Shown in pieces: positions 50,985-64,000 of a DNA stretch of 64,000 nt (its first letter is position 1; every line of letters starts with the position of its first letter). The notes below the pieces were generated by a model. The model saw nothing but the letters and a program-made list of their open reading frames with translations. It was not told where the DNA came from and did not search any database. Made by a program: the position numbers and the translations under genes. This DNA is from Chiloscyllium plagiosum (lineage: Eukaryota): contig NC_057711.1 of assembly GCF_004010195.1 (NCBI RefSeq), positions 141,874,395 through 141,938,394 of the forward strand, in the 5' to 3' direction.

Positions 50985-51315
50985 TTAAAAATTTATTCAT
51001 GGGATGTGAGCATTGTTGACTAGGCCAGCATTTATTGCCTATTCTTAATTGCCCAGGGTTAAGAGGCAACCACACTGCTGTGGGTCTAGAGTCAGATAAG
51101 AGAAGGATGGCAGATTTTTGTCACTTAAGAGCATTGGGTGAAAAACCAGATAGGTTTTTATGGCAATTGGCACTCGTTACCATGGTCACCATCAGAGCAG
51201 TTTTTTGTACTTGAATTCAAATATTGCCACCGACCACAGTGTGATTGTAACCCTTGTCCCCAGATCATTACCCTAGATTTGGGATTACTGGTCCTATGTC
51301 AATACCACCACCACC
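50985..51315 (-). mobile_element. Second-family tRNA SINE, degraded
   Basis: ATTCATGGGATG...CTAGGCCAGCATTTATTGCC tail; head remnant near 51240-51315. Confidence 0.65.
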
Positions 51316-53139
51316 ATTGCAAGGAGGGAAATGTTATGTGTATGTGGACAACTATTGCATTACCCAGGGTCCCCTAGGTCAGAGGTTCATATGAGTCATG
51401 CAGTCCTTAAGACCTTGTGGTTTGAATTTTGTGACTTGTAATCCAGCATATCGTGATTTCCACACCAGTTGGAAATGAAAACACATGGAACAAATAACAG
51501 TCTAGCAATAAGTATTTATTTTATTAATATTTTATTCGGGAAACAGATGTTATCCACTGGATTTTACTGCAATATACGAAGGGAAATATTTGCAGGAAGC
51601 TATAAGTGGCAGTTTTGTGACAAATTAACATGATTCTAGTGGCAATGAACTGTGATGATTGCAACTCCCTAGGGGAGTTAATTTTGGAGAAGCCACATTT
51701 TCTGTAGAATAGAGAATTCCTCAGTCGTATCAATCTACCATTAACCTTCCAAAGAAGGGCCATAGTGGGCATGAAACATTAACTCGTTTCTTCCTCTCTA
51801 CTGATGGGGCCAGACCTGTTGAGATTTTCTACTAGCATCTTCAGGTTTTTGTTTAAAGTCTTAGTTCTTCTGATTGTAGCAAGCTGGTTTGTTTCATTGT
51901 GAAAGCCTGTGTGATTGCACGTGTGCTAAGTGCTGATGTCTTCCTGGATATTTGCAATTGCTATAAGACATTTTCTCTGTAGTGATACTTGTGCTGCATC
52001 TTGCTTTAGGGCTTTGTGTTCTTCTACTGCATCATTGCAGATTAGAGTCCAGAGCAGAGCCCCACATTTGTTAGATTGACATGTTTATTAAAAATTGGCA
52101 GAGGCTGTGGACCAGATCTGTGGGAGAGGGAGCTGATGACGCACAGGGAATGTTAACATTATTTTACAACTTCAAAAGACAGCCCAGTTACAGGAGGCAG
52201 AAAAGTGTAAGTTATCAGAATTGTACGGATCAGTGTTAACAATTTTAAACTTTGCTGCATTTACAGTTAGCTTGAAGTTGTATAAGTATTTTTGCCTATT
52301 TTAACTTGTCCAGTTTGAATTTGTGGGGAAAATACATCTTACTGCACAGATAAATTGTGATAATCTTGTCTTTTTATTTTTGTTTTTAAAAACTGTGGAC
52401 TCCAATGAGCAATAATTCTTTTTAAAAACAGATAATTACCAGCATGGCTGTAAAATTTCACAGTAAGGGATTTGATGCCTATTGTGAATTCTGTTCTTTG
52501 AGACTGACTTCCTGTAGACAATCAGGAGCCAAGGAGCTGGTTACAAGGAAAGCTGATTAGTTTTCAGCTAACTGAGCAGGCTGGAGCTGAAAACAAGTTA
52601 AAGAGACAAAGAAAGAAAAGACTAATGTGCGTGTAGTTGTTTTCCTGAGATGCCTGTTCTCTGCGGTGGAAAAAAACTCTGTTTCAGCTCCATTACCTTT
52701 CCTGCAGCAGTTGCATGTGAGCTGTGACTTTAGAATTGATAGGTCAGAAACATTTTTCAAGTGAATCACTTGCTCTGTACTTACAAACTGGAGGAATCTA
52801 TCAGAGAAATTGATCTAAACACCAAGTACCTGGCTAGCTGAAGTAGGGGTTATCTCACCATTGGAATCTGGAAGCAAAAAATACTGAACTGACTTTCCCA
52901 TTTTTCTCTACCTCCATCAATCATCTATTTCCCTTGTGTGTATAAGGGGATTAGAATTTTAACTAATAGTGCTATAAACCAGTAGTTTACATTTGTGTAA
53001 CTATAATCCAGTCACTTATAATAAATATTTTTCTTTTTCTGCACAGAAACTTGGTCTATGCTTTCTATCAACCTCAATGTGAAAGTTCGGTATATTGAGG
53101 TACATATACTGTACCTTTCACAAAAAAGTAGCATAGCTT

Positions 53140-53548
53140 GTGCTTGTACTTGCTGGAGCTCAGATGAATGAGGGGGCATCTGATTTGAGGTATATAAAAT
53201 GCTAAAGGGGATTGATAAGGTAGACATTGAACAAATGCTCCCCTTTATGAGACAGAGGTCGTAGATATAGAGTGAGAGGAGGTAGGTTCAGAACTGAACT
53301 GAGTAGAAATGACTTCTGAGGGTTGTGAATCTGCAGAGCTCAACTGTCCCAGGGTGCAGTGGAGACAAAATCAATCTACACATTCAAGAAAGTAATACAT
53401 ATGTTTCTGATGAAAAGTGGAATAATGGGCTGTGGGGAGCAGACAGGAAAGTGGAATTGAGACCAGGAGAAGATCAGCCATGATCATGTTAAATGGCAGA
53501 ATGGGCTAAAAGTGCTGAATTGCCTATTCCTGCACCTAATTCCTGTGT
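53140..53548 (+). mobile_element. CR1 LINE 3' fragment
   Basis: LFEVYKMLKGIDKVD-like coding remnant; GATCAGCCATGATC tail. Confidence 0.75.
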
Positions 53549-56500
53549 TGCGATTTGGTACAACTCTGGGAAAAGCGGGACTCAATTTATACTATGCTAC
53601 CCTGTGGATCATAGCAAAATTGAAGAGATTTGGAAAGATTGTAGTAAGTCAGCAAGGACTGAGTGACTCAAAATTGCGACACTTATCAAAATGTATATCT
53701 ACTTGTCAATTTTCTCCAGTAAATTTTGTTTTAAACTCTGCAGTCAATTTTCACACGAGTAAACAATGCCAAACATAGAGCAGAGTGAATGGGAGTGGAT
53801 CATTGGACAATGTGCGAGATGGTGCTCACAATCCATTTTAAAAGCTATCCCAACTTTTATTGAATATTTTTGATTTATATTGTGCGGATTATGTTGTGAC
53901 AATTTGAGAAGCAGAGAAGTGGGTGTTGAGCTGAAGTTGGAGCTGAGGTGAACCTCTGTTGGAACTTTGAGATACTGATATGAGCAGTGGAGTGGGTTCG
54001 AATGGTTTAGCTGTTGGTAAATGTCAATGCAAGTATGCTTTTCAGGTTATCATATGTTGCTGAACTAGCAATTCGAAGAGGTCTGCACTAATAATCCAGT
54101 GAGCAAGAGATGCAGTCCTACCACAGCAGTTTAAAGACATAAATTCAGTTATTAAAAATTAGGAAACAAGAAATTGGCAAATTGAACTGTGACACTGTTT
54201 GTAAGCTCTATCACTTTAAAGGAGGAAATCTGTTCCGCTTATCCCGTCAGATATGTGAATTTAGTCTCGTTTGAATCCTTGAAGTGACCTGGTAACCCGC
54301 TGTGTTCTATCCAATTTCTGTAAGGAAGCAGCCCAGTCTCGCTCTTTGGAGAGGAGATAAAAATGGGTAAGAAATGCCAGCCTTTTCAAGGCACCCACAT
54401 CATTTTTTAAAAAAAACTTTCCCAGCAATTCTATTATTTCTGACTGTGACTGTGATTCAAAACTAGGAGTTGCATAGTTAAACAAGATTTGCTACTTTTA
54501 ATAAAACACGGCAACCTAAAGCATGTTCACACTTCTCAGTTATGTTTGTATGCATTTACTGGATTTGAAAGGGTTTATCCCACACCAGCTGATCAAATAA
54601 CCCAGGTTCTGCTAACCCGGTCATGCACATTTACAGTAAAAGCTCAAAAAGCTTCCAGAAGATTTTGCATATTCTCAATTTTCTGGCTGAGTTCTCAGGC
54701 CGAGCAGGATATCAGTGGAGTTCATGATTACAGTAGTGGAATCCAGCTCCACATCCATAACCTTGAATCTGGCATCTGGAATGGAGCATTCCAATCAACT
54801 GTAAGAACATGTTCACTGTAATTCAAACAATGTGTGCTGCTTTTATCTCCACTGACAGATTTTTTTTTTGTGCAAGTTTTGGATCACCACTCCTAACTGT
54901 TTCCTCTTACTCTCTCTGCCTGTGGATTTGGATTAAGGAAGAATCTTCTAGAAGTTCTTGAACCTTTTACTATATTCCAGTTTGATAGTTTGTCATGAAT
55001 TTTGGGGCATATGATTTGTGGTTTGTCTCACTAAAACACCGTTGAATTATAGCTTGTCCCTCAAAGGCATCCTGAAAGATTTTTTGTGTGAAGTCATTGT
55101 GTAAAGGTCAACTGTTATGACTACACTGTTAGTTTGGGCAGCAGATGGAATTTAAATGAGGTAATGAGCTCACTTTGCCCCAGCTCAATTTTCAGGCCCC
55201 TGTGGCCACTCTCTGGTTCTGTGATAAGAAAGTAACAAAGTGGAGCAGAGGTCAGCCATCTGGCTCCTCAGGCCTCCTTTGGCATTCAGTAAGATTCTGA
55301 CTGATCTTGAATCTCAATTCCAATCCCCTGCCCAGTCCCATCATGACTGCATTCTCCTGGAGCATTGCTTCCTGATTTTTGCTCCCATTGTGATCCGGTT
55401 TTGACTGAAAATTGCTGTGATTCCAGAGAGCAAGGAGAGCTGTGAGAGTCGAGATGGTGAACTGTTCAGATTACAAGGTTTTAAAATAGGAAAACAGCTG
55501 TATTTTTGCTGGGTATTTTGGAATGGGAATCAGGCCTCAAAAATTGGCATTTAGACTCTGCCCCCTATTTTAAAATGTCTCCATCCCGCCTAGCTTTGTT
55601 TTGTCAGCAAAATTGGACACTTTACCCCAGCTCTCTTCTTCAAAATCTAATATAAATAGTAAATAACCAAGGCTCATCATTGCCCCTGTGGCACTCCACT
55701 GGCTATCGCTGACCAACTTGAAATTGCCTGTATGTTCCTACTCTCTGCCAATCCCTTATGCTATTAACTCTGGGTTCTATTCTATCTGTGAACCTTTTCT
55801 GTTGCACCATGTTGAATGCCTATTGGCAATCTACTGGGTCCTTTTTATTTACCCTATTAGTTACCTTCCCAAAAAACGTTGCCAGATTTGTTTTTATTAA
55901 TGTTAACTTTGCCTAAATATTTTCATGTCACCAATAGTGAATTCCAGCATTTTCGTCACTGGTTGAGCTGTCTTTCCTGAAATTTCCTTTGTCTCTCCCT
56001 GCTTTATTGAAAGTTTAAGTGGCATTAGCTACCTTCTGATCCATGGAGAACACCTACCCCCATTCCCAATCAAAACCTCGTGTAGCTTCATCTCCAAGCG
56101 ACCAAGTCTGCCCTGACACAGACAAAATCTTTTCTGGCGTTCATAAGGCCCAAAATCTAGAGGTTGACGACAAAGAGCAATTCTGTATCCGGAGCAGAGA
56201 TCTGAACTGCTGAAGCCATTGAGGTTGTAAACATCCCAGGTAAAAGAGTAAAGATTTGTATACTAACAGCAGCCTGAATCTTGTGATCAAGTTTTTGAAA
56301 TGACATTTGAATGCACAACCTTGTTGTTGTATATAGGTGGTTTACACACTGTGAGAATGTGAAGTTTCTCTCTCTTTTTTAAACCACATTATTTGTATAT
56401 GCCACTGACCTGATTTGCTATCCTTTGGCTGGTTCCTAGCATGAGGCCTTTTCATTTGCAATGAATGCCTTGATGAACACGAAGACTAAGCAATGGAGCT

Positions 56501-57211
56501 AGTTGTGACAGGGATGCTTGGTTTTTGGAGTTCAAGATGACTGCTAGACAGCTCCTCACCATTCACTGTCTCCTTTGACATTCCTTATCCAGTCTCCTAT
56601 CCCACTGTTTAACCTTCCCTGACACCAATAGTAGGTACATTTTAGCCAAAATCAAAGTTACATATTACTTTAAATGCCTGCTAGTTTTAAAGCCTGTTCC
56701 CTGACTATGTTTGTTACATTAATTGTGTTTAATTTCATCCAATTGGAGGGCATTAGCTGAGTTTAACTTTAGTACATAAGAAACACTCCTAGAAATAGTG
56801 GTGTGATTGAGTTTAGAGGAATCTGCTTGTAGTCTTTCACTTTGTCGATGTAAGAACCTCGCAATAAAATGGGCATTTCAAACTTAAGCATGTGCTGCTG
56901 GTAAAGCATTAGCTGCAACTTGTTCAGAAGAAAATTGAAAATCATTACTGTGTGTCTCGTTCCTTCTGATGGTCCAGATTGTTGTGCCAGACCATGTTGA
57001 GCTGTTCTAGAGACACTGGTTTTTGTGTACTGAAGAGCATCTAGATCTCGCCACATACCTGAAGCAGAACTTGAGCATCCTGATGTCTTGCTCAGTAATG
57101 TCTAGTTATCTTCTGGCTTTCAGTGTATCATTGAAAGGTCTTTCAGGTTGGATTCCTTGTCAGTCATGGTTTCAGTGAGTATTTCTAGTTTGCAAGCAGC
57201 CAGCTGTAAGT

Positions 57212-57930
57212 TTAGAAGCATGGCTGATTATCCAATTCTATCCTGTTCCTGCTTTCTCCTTATACTCTGATCCCTTTAGCCCGATGAATGATATCTATCC
57301 ATTTCTTCAAAACATTCAATGTTTTGGCCTCAGCCACTTTCTGTGGTAGAGAATTCCACTGGCTCACCACTCTGGTTGAAGAAATGTTACCTCATCTCAG
57401 TCCGAAATGGCCAGCCTTAGACCATGTCCCCTGTTTTTAGACTCTCAAGTCTTCAGAAATGACCTTTCTGCATTTCCCCTGTCTCATGCTGCTAGAAATT
57501 TATAGATTTTCATGAGATCCCTCTCACTCTTAAACTCCAGTGTACACAGTCCTAACTGATCCAGTTTCTATTTGTATGTCTGCCTTGCTATCCCAGGAAT
57601 CAGTCTGGTTAAACCTTAACTGCACTCCCTCCAATAGCTAGAGTGTCTCTCCTTGGATAAGGAGATCAAAACTGTGCATGTAATCAAGGTGTAGTCTCAC
57701 CAAAGCCCTGTACAGTTACACCCCTGCTACATTATCCAAATCCTTTTGCTATAAAGGTTTGCCTTGTTCACTGCCTTCTGCACCAATATGTTTGCTTTCA
57801 GTGACTGATATACAAGGACACCCAGGTCTCATTGCACCTCCCCCTTTTTCTATGACCCCATTCAGGTCATGATCTACCTGCCTGTTTTTCCGAAAAAAAT
57901 GCTAGTCTCACATTCATCCACATTATACTT
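57212..57930 (-). mobile_element. CR1 LINE 3' fragment
   Basis: CATGGCTGAT tail, GGTAGAGAATTCCA and ACAAGGACACCCAGGTCTC (RDLGVLV). Confidence 0.7.
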
Positions 57931-58379
57931 TTTCAGATGAGGTTTGCTTCAAGGTGTGAGCAGATCAGGGAGGATAGGCTGATGCAGAATGGAAGCAGTG
58001 TGGCAACTGTCTGGCTGACTAGCGCTTTTCTGCCATAACATCTCTGATCTCTCCTGTCTTCACTCAACATAGACCATCCCTTTTGTTCTTTTCCTCCATT
58101 TTTTTTTCCTAATCAACCTGTTCAGAAATATTATTGCACACCTCAAGCAGGTGGGACTTGAACCTAGGTCTCCTGGCTCAGAGGTAGGAGTACTATACTG
58201 TGCCACTTCACATGCTTGTTTAAAACCTGTTACCTCTCTAACTCCTTCCAGTTCTGTTCAAAGATCACAAACCTGAAATATTAACTATTTTTCTGTCCAT
58301 AGGCCTTACTAGACCAGTTGAGTATTTCTAGAATATTTGGTCTTTCAGATTTCTGCTGCATTTTACTTTTGAATGGACG

Positions 58380-58750
58380 TCTTTCTGTGGCTGAGTGCCA
58401 CCTGTAGCGTGATGGAGTGGAAATGCTTGAGATTAATGAATACTCCTGGGTAATCTGGGATGTGTCATATTTGCTCCACTTGTGCAGATGTGACTGCTGG
58501 TACCAGTGGCAAGCAATGCAAATACCTGTGAACCAGCTCATTCTGATTGGCAAAGTGTACAAAATAGCCTGCCCTGTGAAAGCAGTTATCAGTCGTCCTG
58601 TCCTTTGTATTTGTGCACCCGTGTCCCTGGTGGAGCCCTGTAAGGAGCCAAAGACGAGGAAGCTGAGGATGAAGGTGACTTTGACAGTTCCTGCTAAAGC
58701 TTGATTGCCAGAACTATCTTCCAGTATGCTACAAATATCTCCCACCATTT
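58380..58750 (-). mobile_element. PIF/Harbinger transposase fossil
   Basis: VKVTFILSFLVFGSLQGSTRD, and in another frame PGVFINLKHFHSITLQV; these resemble the HARBI1-family motifs VKVTAALNFYASGSFQ and FINRKGFHSLNVQ. Frameshifted. Confidence 0.7.
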
Positions 58751-59319
58751 GGCATTAGACCCTGAGCCTCATGAAACACCATCCTTACATGAACAAGAAA
58801 CAAGGCGTCTGTCTGTTTACCCTTTTGTGAAGTGTACTTGCCTACTTTGCTTTCTCCTGTAGAATGACAGGTTTCTGAGGAAGTGGTTGCTCCTGCTGCT
58901 GTGAGAATGGCCACCTTGTCACTTAACCTGAGGTCCAATGTGCTACCCCTGATTACAGCTCAGAATGAAGATCAGGTGTACAATGCTTCCATGTAGTGAA
59001 AGTGCTGTGAACTGTGAGCAAAAGCCATGATGAGGAATTAGAGTAAACCAAAAATTGCTAGAGTAAGGTCACTGCACTTGAAAAAATAATTCTATCTTTC
59101 CACAAATGCTGCCAGACCTGCTGAGATTCTCCAGCAATTTCTTTTTTATGTTTCAGATATTCAGCATCCATAGTGCTTTGCTTTATTACAAGGAATCAGA
59201 GGAGCTGTGAGCTGTCAGTCCAGTCGTGGGATATTTTCCTGTCAGTTTATCATTTTCAATGTTACTTTGTTTTCCCTGGCACCTTCCAGTACTTAGAGGA
59301 GGGCAGGCCAGGAACCGCA

Positions 59320-59850
59320 CCAGGCAGAGCTCAGCAACCTCCAAGTCAAAGGATCAGATCAGCTGTGCAATCTTGCCATATCCAGTTTGAATGATAGTGG
59401 ACAATTAAACAATTCATTGGAGGAGGAAATTCCACAGATATCACCATCATGAACAATTGATGGACTAGCACATCCATGCAAAAGACAAGACTGAAACATT
59501 TGCAGTTGTCTTCTGCTAGAAGTGTCAAGAGGATGATCCATCTCAGTCATTGAGGTTCCCAGGCTCAGATGCCAGTCTTCAACCAGGTGAGTTCATTCCA
59601 CATGATATCAAGAAATGATTGTCAGTAGTGGGTACTGCAAAGGCTACGGGCCCTGACAGCAGTCTGACTATAGTAATCTCAAATTGTGCTTCAGAACTTA
59701 GCGTGAGTCTACCCAATTTGAGCAAGTACAGCTATAACACTGGCATTCAACTGACAATTTTGTAGGTACGTCCTATCCACAAATAGCAGGACAAATCCAA
59801 CGCAGCCGACTACTACCCTGTCAGGCTATTCTCGATCATCTGCAAAGTGG
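59320..59850 (+). mobile_element. Old CR1/L2-like LINE ORF2 fragment
   Basis: KATGPD and QDKSNAADYYPVRLFSIICKV pre-RT motifs, with stops. Confidence 0.7.
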
Positions 59851-60489
59851 CACCTACTGAACAATGACAAATTGAGCATCTTGCTTTAGGAAGGCTGTCA
59901 AGGCCATTGAGAGTGTGCTGGATGATTCAGCTTAAGATAATACCAGGATTGAGAATCTTTAGGTACGACGACAGCTGCAGAAACTACATTGTTAGAGCAG
60001 ACGGTCATGAGATTCAGTAATATTGAGAATTGAGGCATTTTGATGAGGTAAAGTAATGAATTTGCTTACCAATGCTTGGAGATTGGGAGCTGGAAGTATA
60101 AACTTAAAATTGTCAAAAGGGCAAAGTTAGGTTTATTTGGTTACTTCTCGAGTATTGTTATGTCACAAAATGACTGCTGTATGCTCAAGAGAAATTCTTA
60201 CTAAGAGGAAAGATTGATCTTACAATAAATTTTCATTATAACAATCAAGAAACATTTTAATTGTTTATAACATTAGACAAGGCATGCTTTCAAACTACAC
60301 AATCACAAAAAGTCTGGAGATTTTACAGAACCGTGAAAGGATTTAAAAGGAATGTTCCTGTTGGTCCCAAGAAAAAGGTACTCTTAACCAACAAATGGAG
60401 AATCATTTTAGGAGCCTTGGAGAGATGTCTCTGGCACACCTATCGCCCCTGAAGTTTCAGAGATCCCAATCTGAAAACATGGACTACCT

Positions 60490-62970
60490 TACTGAGATTG
60501 TATTATAGACCCCCTAATAGTCAGAGGTAAATGGAGAAACAAATTTGTGAGGAGATCTCAATTATCTGTAAGAATAATAGGGTGGTTATGGTAGGGGATT
60601 TTAACTTTCCAGACATAGACTGGGACTGCCATAGTGTTGAAGGTTTAGGTGGAGAGGAATTGGTTAAGAATGTACAAGAAAATTTTCTGGTTCAATATGT
60701 GGCTGTACCTACTAGAGAAGGTGCAAAACTCGACCTACTCTTGGGAAATGAGGCAGGGCAGGTGACTGAGGTGTCAGTGGGGGAACACTTTGGGGCCAGT
60801 GACTATAATTCTATTATTTTAAAATAGTGATGGAAAAGGATAGCCGAAATCTAAAAGTTGAAGTTCTAAATTGGAGGAAGGCTAATTTTGACAGTATTAG
60901 GTAAGAACTTTCAAAAGTTGATTGGGGACAGATGTTCGCAGGTAAAGGGATAGCTGGAAAATAGGAAGCCTTCAGAAATGAGATAACGAGAGTGCAGAGA
61001 CAGTATATTCCTATTAGGGTGAAAGGAAAGGCTGGTAAGTGTAGGGAATGCTGGATGACTAAAGAAATTGAGGTTTTAGTTAAGAAAAAAAGAATAACAT
61101 GTTAGGTATAGACAGAATAGATCGAGTGAATCCTTAAACAAGAGGCAATGCATGTATACTTGAGGGAAATCAGGAGGTCAAAAAGGTGACATGAAATAGC
61201 TTTGGCAAATAGAGTTAAGGTGAATCCAAAGGGTTTTTACAAATACATTAAGGACAAAAGGGTAACTAGGGAGAGAATAGGGCCCTTCAAAGATCAGCAA
61301 GGTGGCCTTTGTGTGGAGCTGCAGGAGATAGGGGAGATACTAAATGAGTATTTTGCATCAGTGTTTACTGTGGAAAAGGACATGGCAGATACAGAATGTA
61401 GGGAAATAGATGGTGACATATTAAAAAATGTCCATATTACAGAAGAGGTAGTGCTGGATGTCTTGAAACATCCCCAGGAACTGATCAGGTGTATCCTTGA
61501 ACTCTGTGGGAAGCTAGGGAAGTGATTGCTGGGCCCCTTGCTGATATATTAGAAGGGTGGTAAGGACAAGCCAGGGAAGTACACACCAGTGAGCCTGACG
61601 GTGGTGGTGGGAAAGTTGTTGGAGGGAATCCTAAGGGACAGGATGTACATGTATTTGGAAAGGCAAGGACTGATTAGGATCATCAACATAACATGGCTTT
61701 GTGCGTGGGAAATCATGTCTCACAAACTTGATAAGAGTTTTTTGAAGAAGTAACAAAGAGGCTTGATGAGGGCAGAGCGGTAGATGTGATCTATATGGAC
61801 TTCAGTAAGGCATTTGACAAGGTTCCCCATCGGAGGCTGGTTTAGCAAAGTTAAATCTCACTGACTACAGGGAGAACTAGCCATTTGGATACAGAACTGG
61901 CTCAACGGTAGAAGACAGAGGGTGGTGGTGGAGGGTTATTTTTCAGACTGGAGGCCTGTGACCAGTGGAGTGCCACAAGGATCGGTGCTGGGTCTACTAC
62001 TTTTCATCATTTTTATATAAATGATTTGGATGTGAGCATAAGAGCTTTAGTTAGTAAGTTTGCAGATGACGCCAAAATCGGAGATATAATGGACAGTGAA
62101 GAAGGTTACCTCCGATTATAACAGGATCTTGATCAGATGGGCCGATGGGCTGAGAAGTGGCAGATGGAGTTTAATTCAGATAAATGTGAGGTGCTGCATT
62201 TTGGGAAAGCAAATCTGAACAGGACTTATACACTTAAAGGTAAGGTCCTAGGGAGTGTTGCTGAACAAAGAGACCTTGGAGTGCAGGTTCATAGCTCCTT
62301 GAAAGTGGAGTCGCAGGTAGATAGGATAATGAAGAAGGCGTTTGGTATGCTTTCCTTTATTGGTCAGAGTGTTGAGTACAGGAGTTAGGAGGTCATGTGG
62401 CTGTACAGGACATTGATTAGGCCACTGTTGGAATATTGCATTCAGTTCTGGTCTCCTTCCCGTCGGAAGGATGTTGTGAAACTTGAAAGGGTTCAGAAAA
62501 GATTTACAAGGATGGTGCCAGGGTTGGAGGATTTGAGCTATAGGGAGAGGTTGAATAGGCTAGAGCTGTTTTCCCTGGAGTGTTGGAGGCTGAGGGGTGA
62601 CCTTATAAAGGTTTATAAAATCATGAGGGGCATGGATAGAGTAAATAGACAAGGTCTTTTCCCTGGGTTGGGGGAGTCCAGAACTAGAGGGCATAGGTTT
62701 AGGGTGAGAGGGGAAAGATATAAAAGAGACCTAAGGGGCAACGTTTTCACGCAGATGATGGTACGTGTATGGAATAACTGAGGAAGTGGTGGAGGCTAAT
62801 ACAATTGCAACTTTTCAAAGGCATCTGGAAGGGTATATGAATAGGAAGGGTTTAGTGTGATATGGGCCGGGTGCTGGGACTAATTTGGGTTGGGATAACT
62901 GGTTGGCATGGACGAGTTGGACCAAATGGTCTGTTTCTGTGCTGTATTTTTCTACGCCTCTATGACTCTA
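60490..62970 (+). mobile_element. HER1/CR1 LINE, ~2.5 kb, 5'-truncated, disrupted ORF2
   Basis: Endonuclease motifs YYRPP, VGDFNFPDIDW, LDLLL; RT motifs [23 protein letters not shown]; tail TCTATGACTCTA. Confidence 0.95.
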
Positions 62971-63341
62971 TATATTTTGAAAGAGTCAGAACTGTTAGTG
63001 CTATGACTGGACTAATAGCAGGAACCAGTGTGTGAAGGAACAAGTTAGATATGATTTTCATCAAAGCTGAATAAGGAACAGCTTCTTTGTAGAATTGACA
63101 AATACTTTTATTTGTTCATGGGATGTGGACATCCCTACCTATTCCAGCATTTACTGCCCTGGAGAAGGTGAGAATCAGCTGTCTCCTTGATCTCCTACAG
63201 AGAAAGGCATCCCAGCAACCATAGTGAAATCGCAATACATTATTAAGTCAGGTTCGTGAGTGGCTTGGAGGCGAACCTGGAGATAAATGTGTCCTAGTCC
63301 TTCGAGGTGATAGAGATTGTGGGTTTTGCATGGTGCTGTTA

Positions 63342-63663
63342 GAATTGTAGAATCTCTACAATGTGGAAACAGGCCATTTGGCCATCAAGTCCACACAGAC
63401 CCTACAAAGAGCATCCCACCCAGACCCACCTGCATTCCCTACACCTGCATTTTACATGGCTAATTCACATCCCTGGACACTATGGGCAATTTCCCATGGC
63501 TGATCCACCTAACCTGCACATTTTTGGACAGTAGGAGGAAACCCATGCAGACACAGGGATCATGTGCAAAGTCCACACAGAGAGTTTCCCAAGAGTAGAA
63601 TCAAAACCAGATCCCTGGCACTGTGAGGAAGCAGTGCTAACCACTGAGCCACCATGCCACCCC
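63342..63663 (-). mobile_element. HE1-type V-SINE nested in an old LINE tail (~63105-63830)
   Basis: Minus-strand GGTGGCATGGTGGCTCAGTGGTTAGCACTGC head, V-domain and tail. Confidence 0.85.
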
Positions 63664-64000
63664 TGTTGGAAGAGCCATGGTGAGTTCCTGTAGTAGTACA
63701 TGCTGCTGCTACAATACAGGGAATGAATGTTGAAGATGGTGTGTCAGTCAAGCAGGATGCTTTCGTCTGGTTGCTCCTTGAGTGGTTGGAGCTGAACTCA
63801 TATAGACTCATTCCAGCACTCCTGAAGTTAAAACATATTTTAGCTATTCAACTGTTAGTTGCACTAAGTTAACTTTAATTTTGTTCTTGTCTGATGTAGC
63901 CACAGGGTTTATATGGCAGGTCTAACAACCACAGCCATCTTCCTTTTTTGCTTGGTATGCTTTCAAACTGCAGAAAGTTTTCGTCTTGACTCCAATGTAC

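Larger units (their letters stand above)
16195..64000 (+). other. MFHAS1 intron 1 (continues beyond the window)
   Basis: CAG|GTAAGA donor. No sequence encoding the expected C-terminal peptide (ELLSQPRP...CPKNGSERV-like) was recognised downstream by eye. Confidence 0.75.

Overview
Cartilaginous-fish (shark/ray) genomic DNA, inferred from many HE1-type V-SINEs and their partner HER1/CR1 LINEs. The only host gene I can support is MFHAS1 (MASL1; LRR-Roc-COR). Its ~2.9-kb first coding exon (13272-16194, +) sits in a CpG island and ends at a phase-1 GTAAGA donor. I found no second exon, so intron 1 appears to run past the window end (>47 kb). The rest is transposon-derived: CR1/HER1, another CR1/L2-like LINE, Tx1-like LINE, two Penelope-like element (PLE) types, several SINE families, a solo LTR, a Tigger-like MITE, a Harbinger fossil and a 27-bp minisatellite, plus four assembly gaps. 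Most interesting: (i) minimal hammerhead-ribozyme motifs in three PLE-derived families, several as short TSD-flanked or palindromic insertions; (ii) a ~3.3-kb VNTR-containing composite retroposon (5858-9162); (iii) a perfect 35-bp hairpin and a uORF/dual-ATG arrangement at the MFHAS1 5' end. Family names come from recalled consensus features, not database searches. Repeat boundaries are approximate unless a TSD is given.
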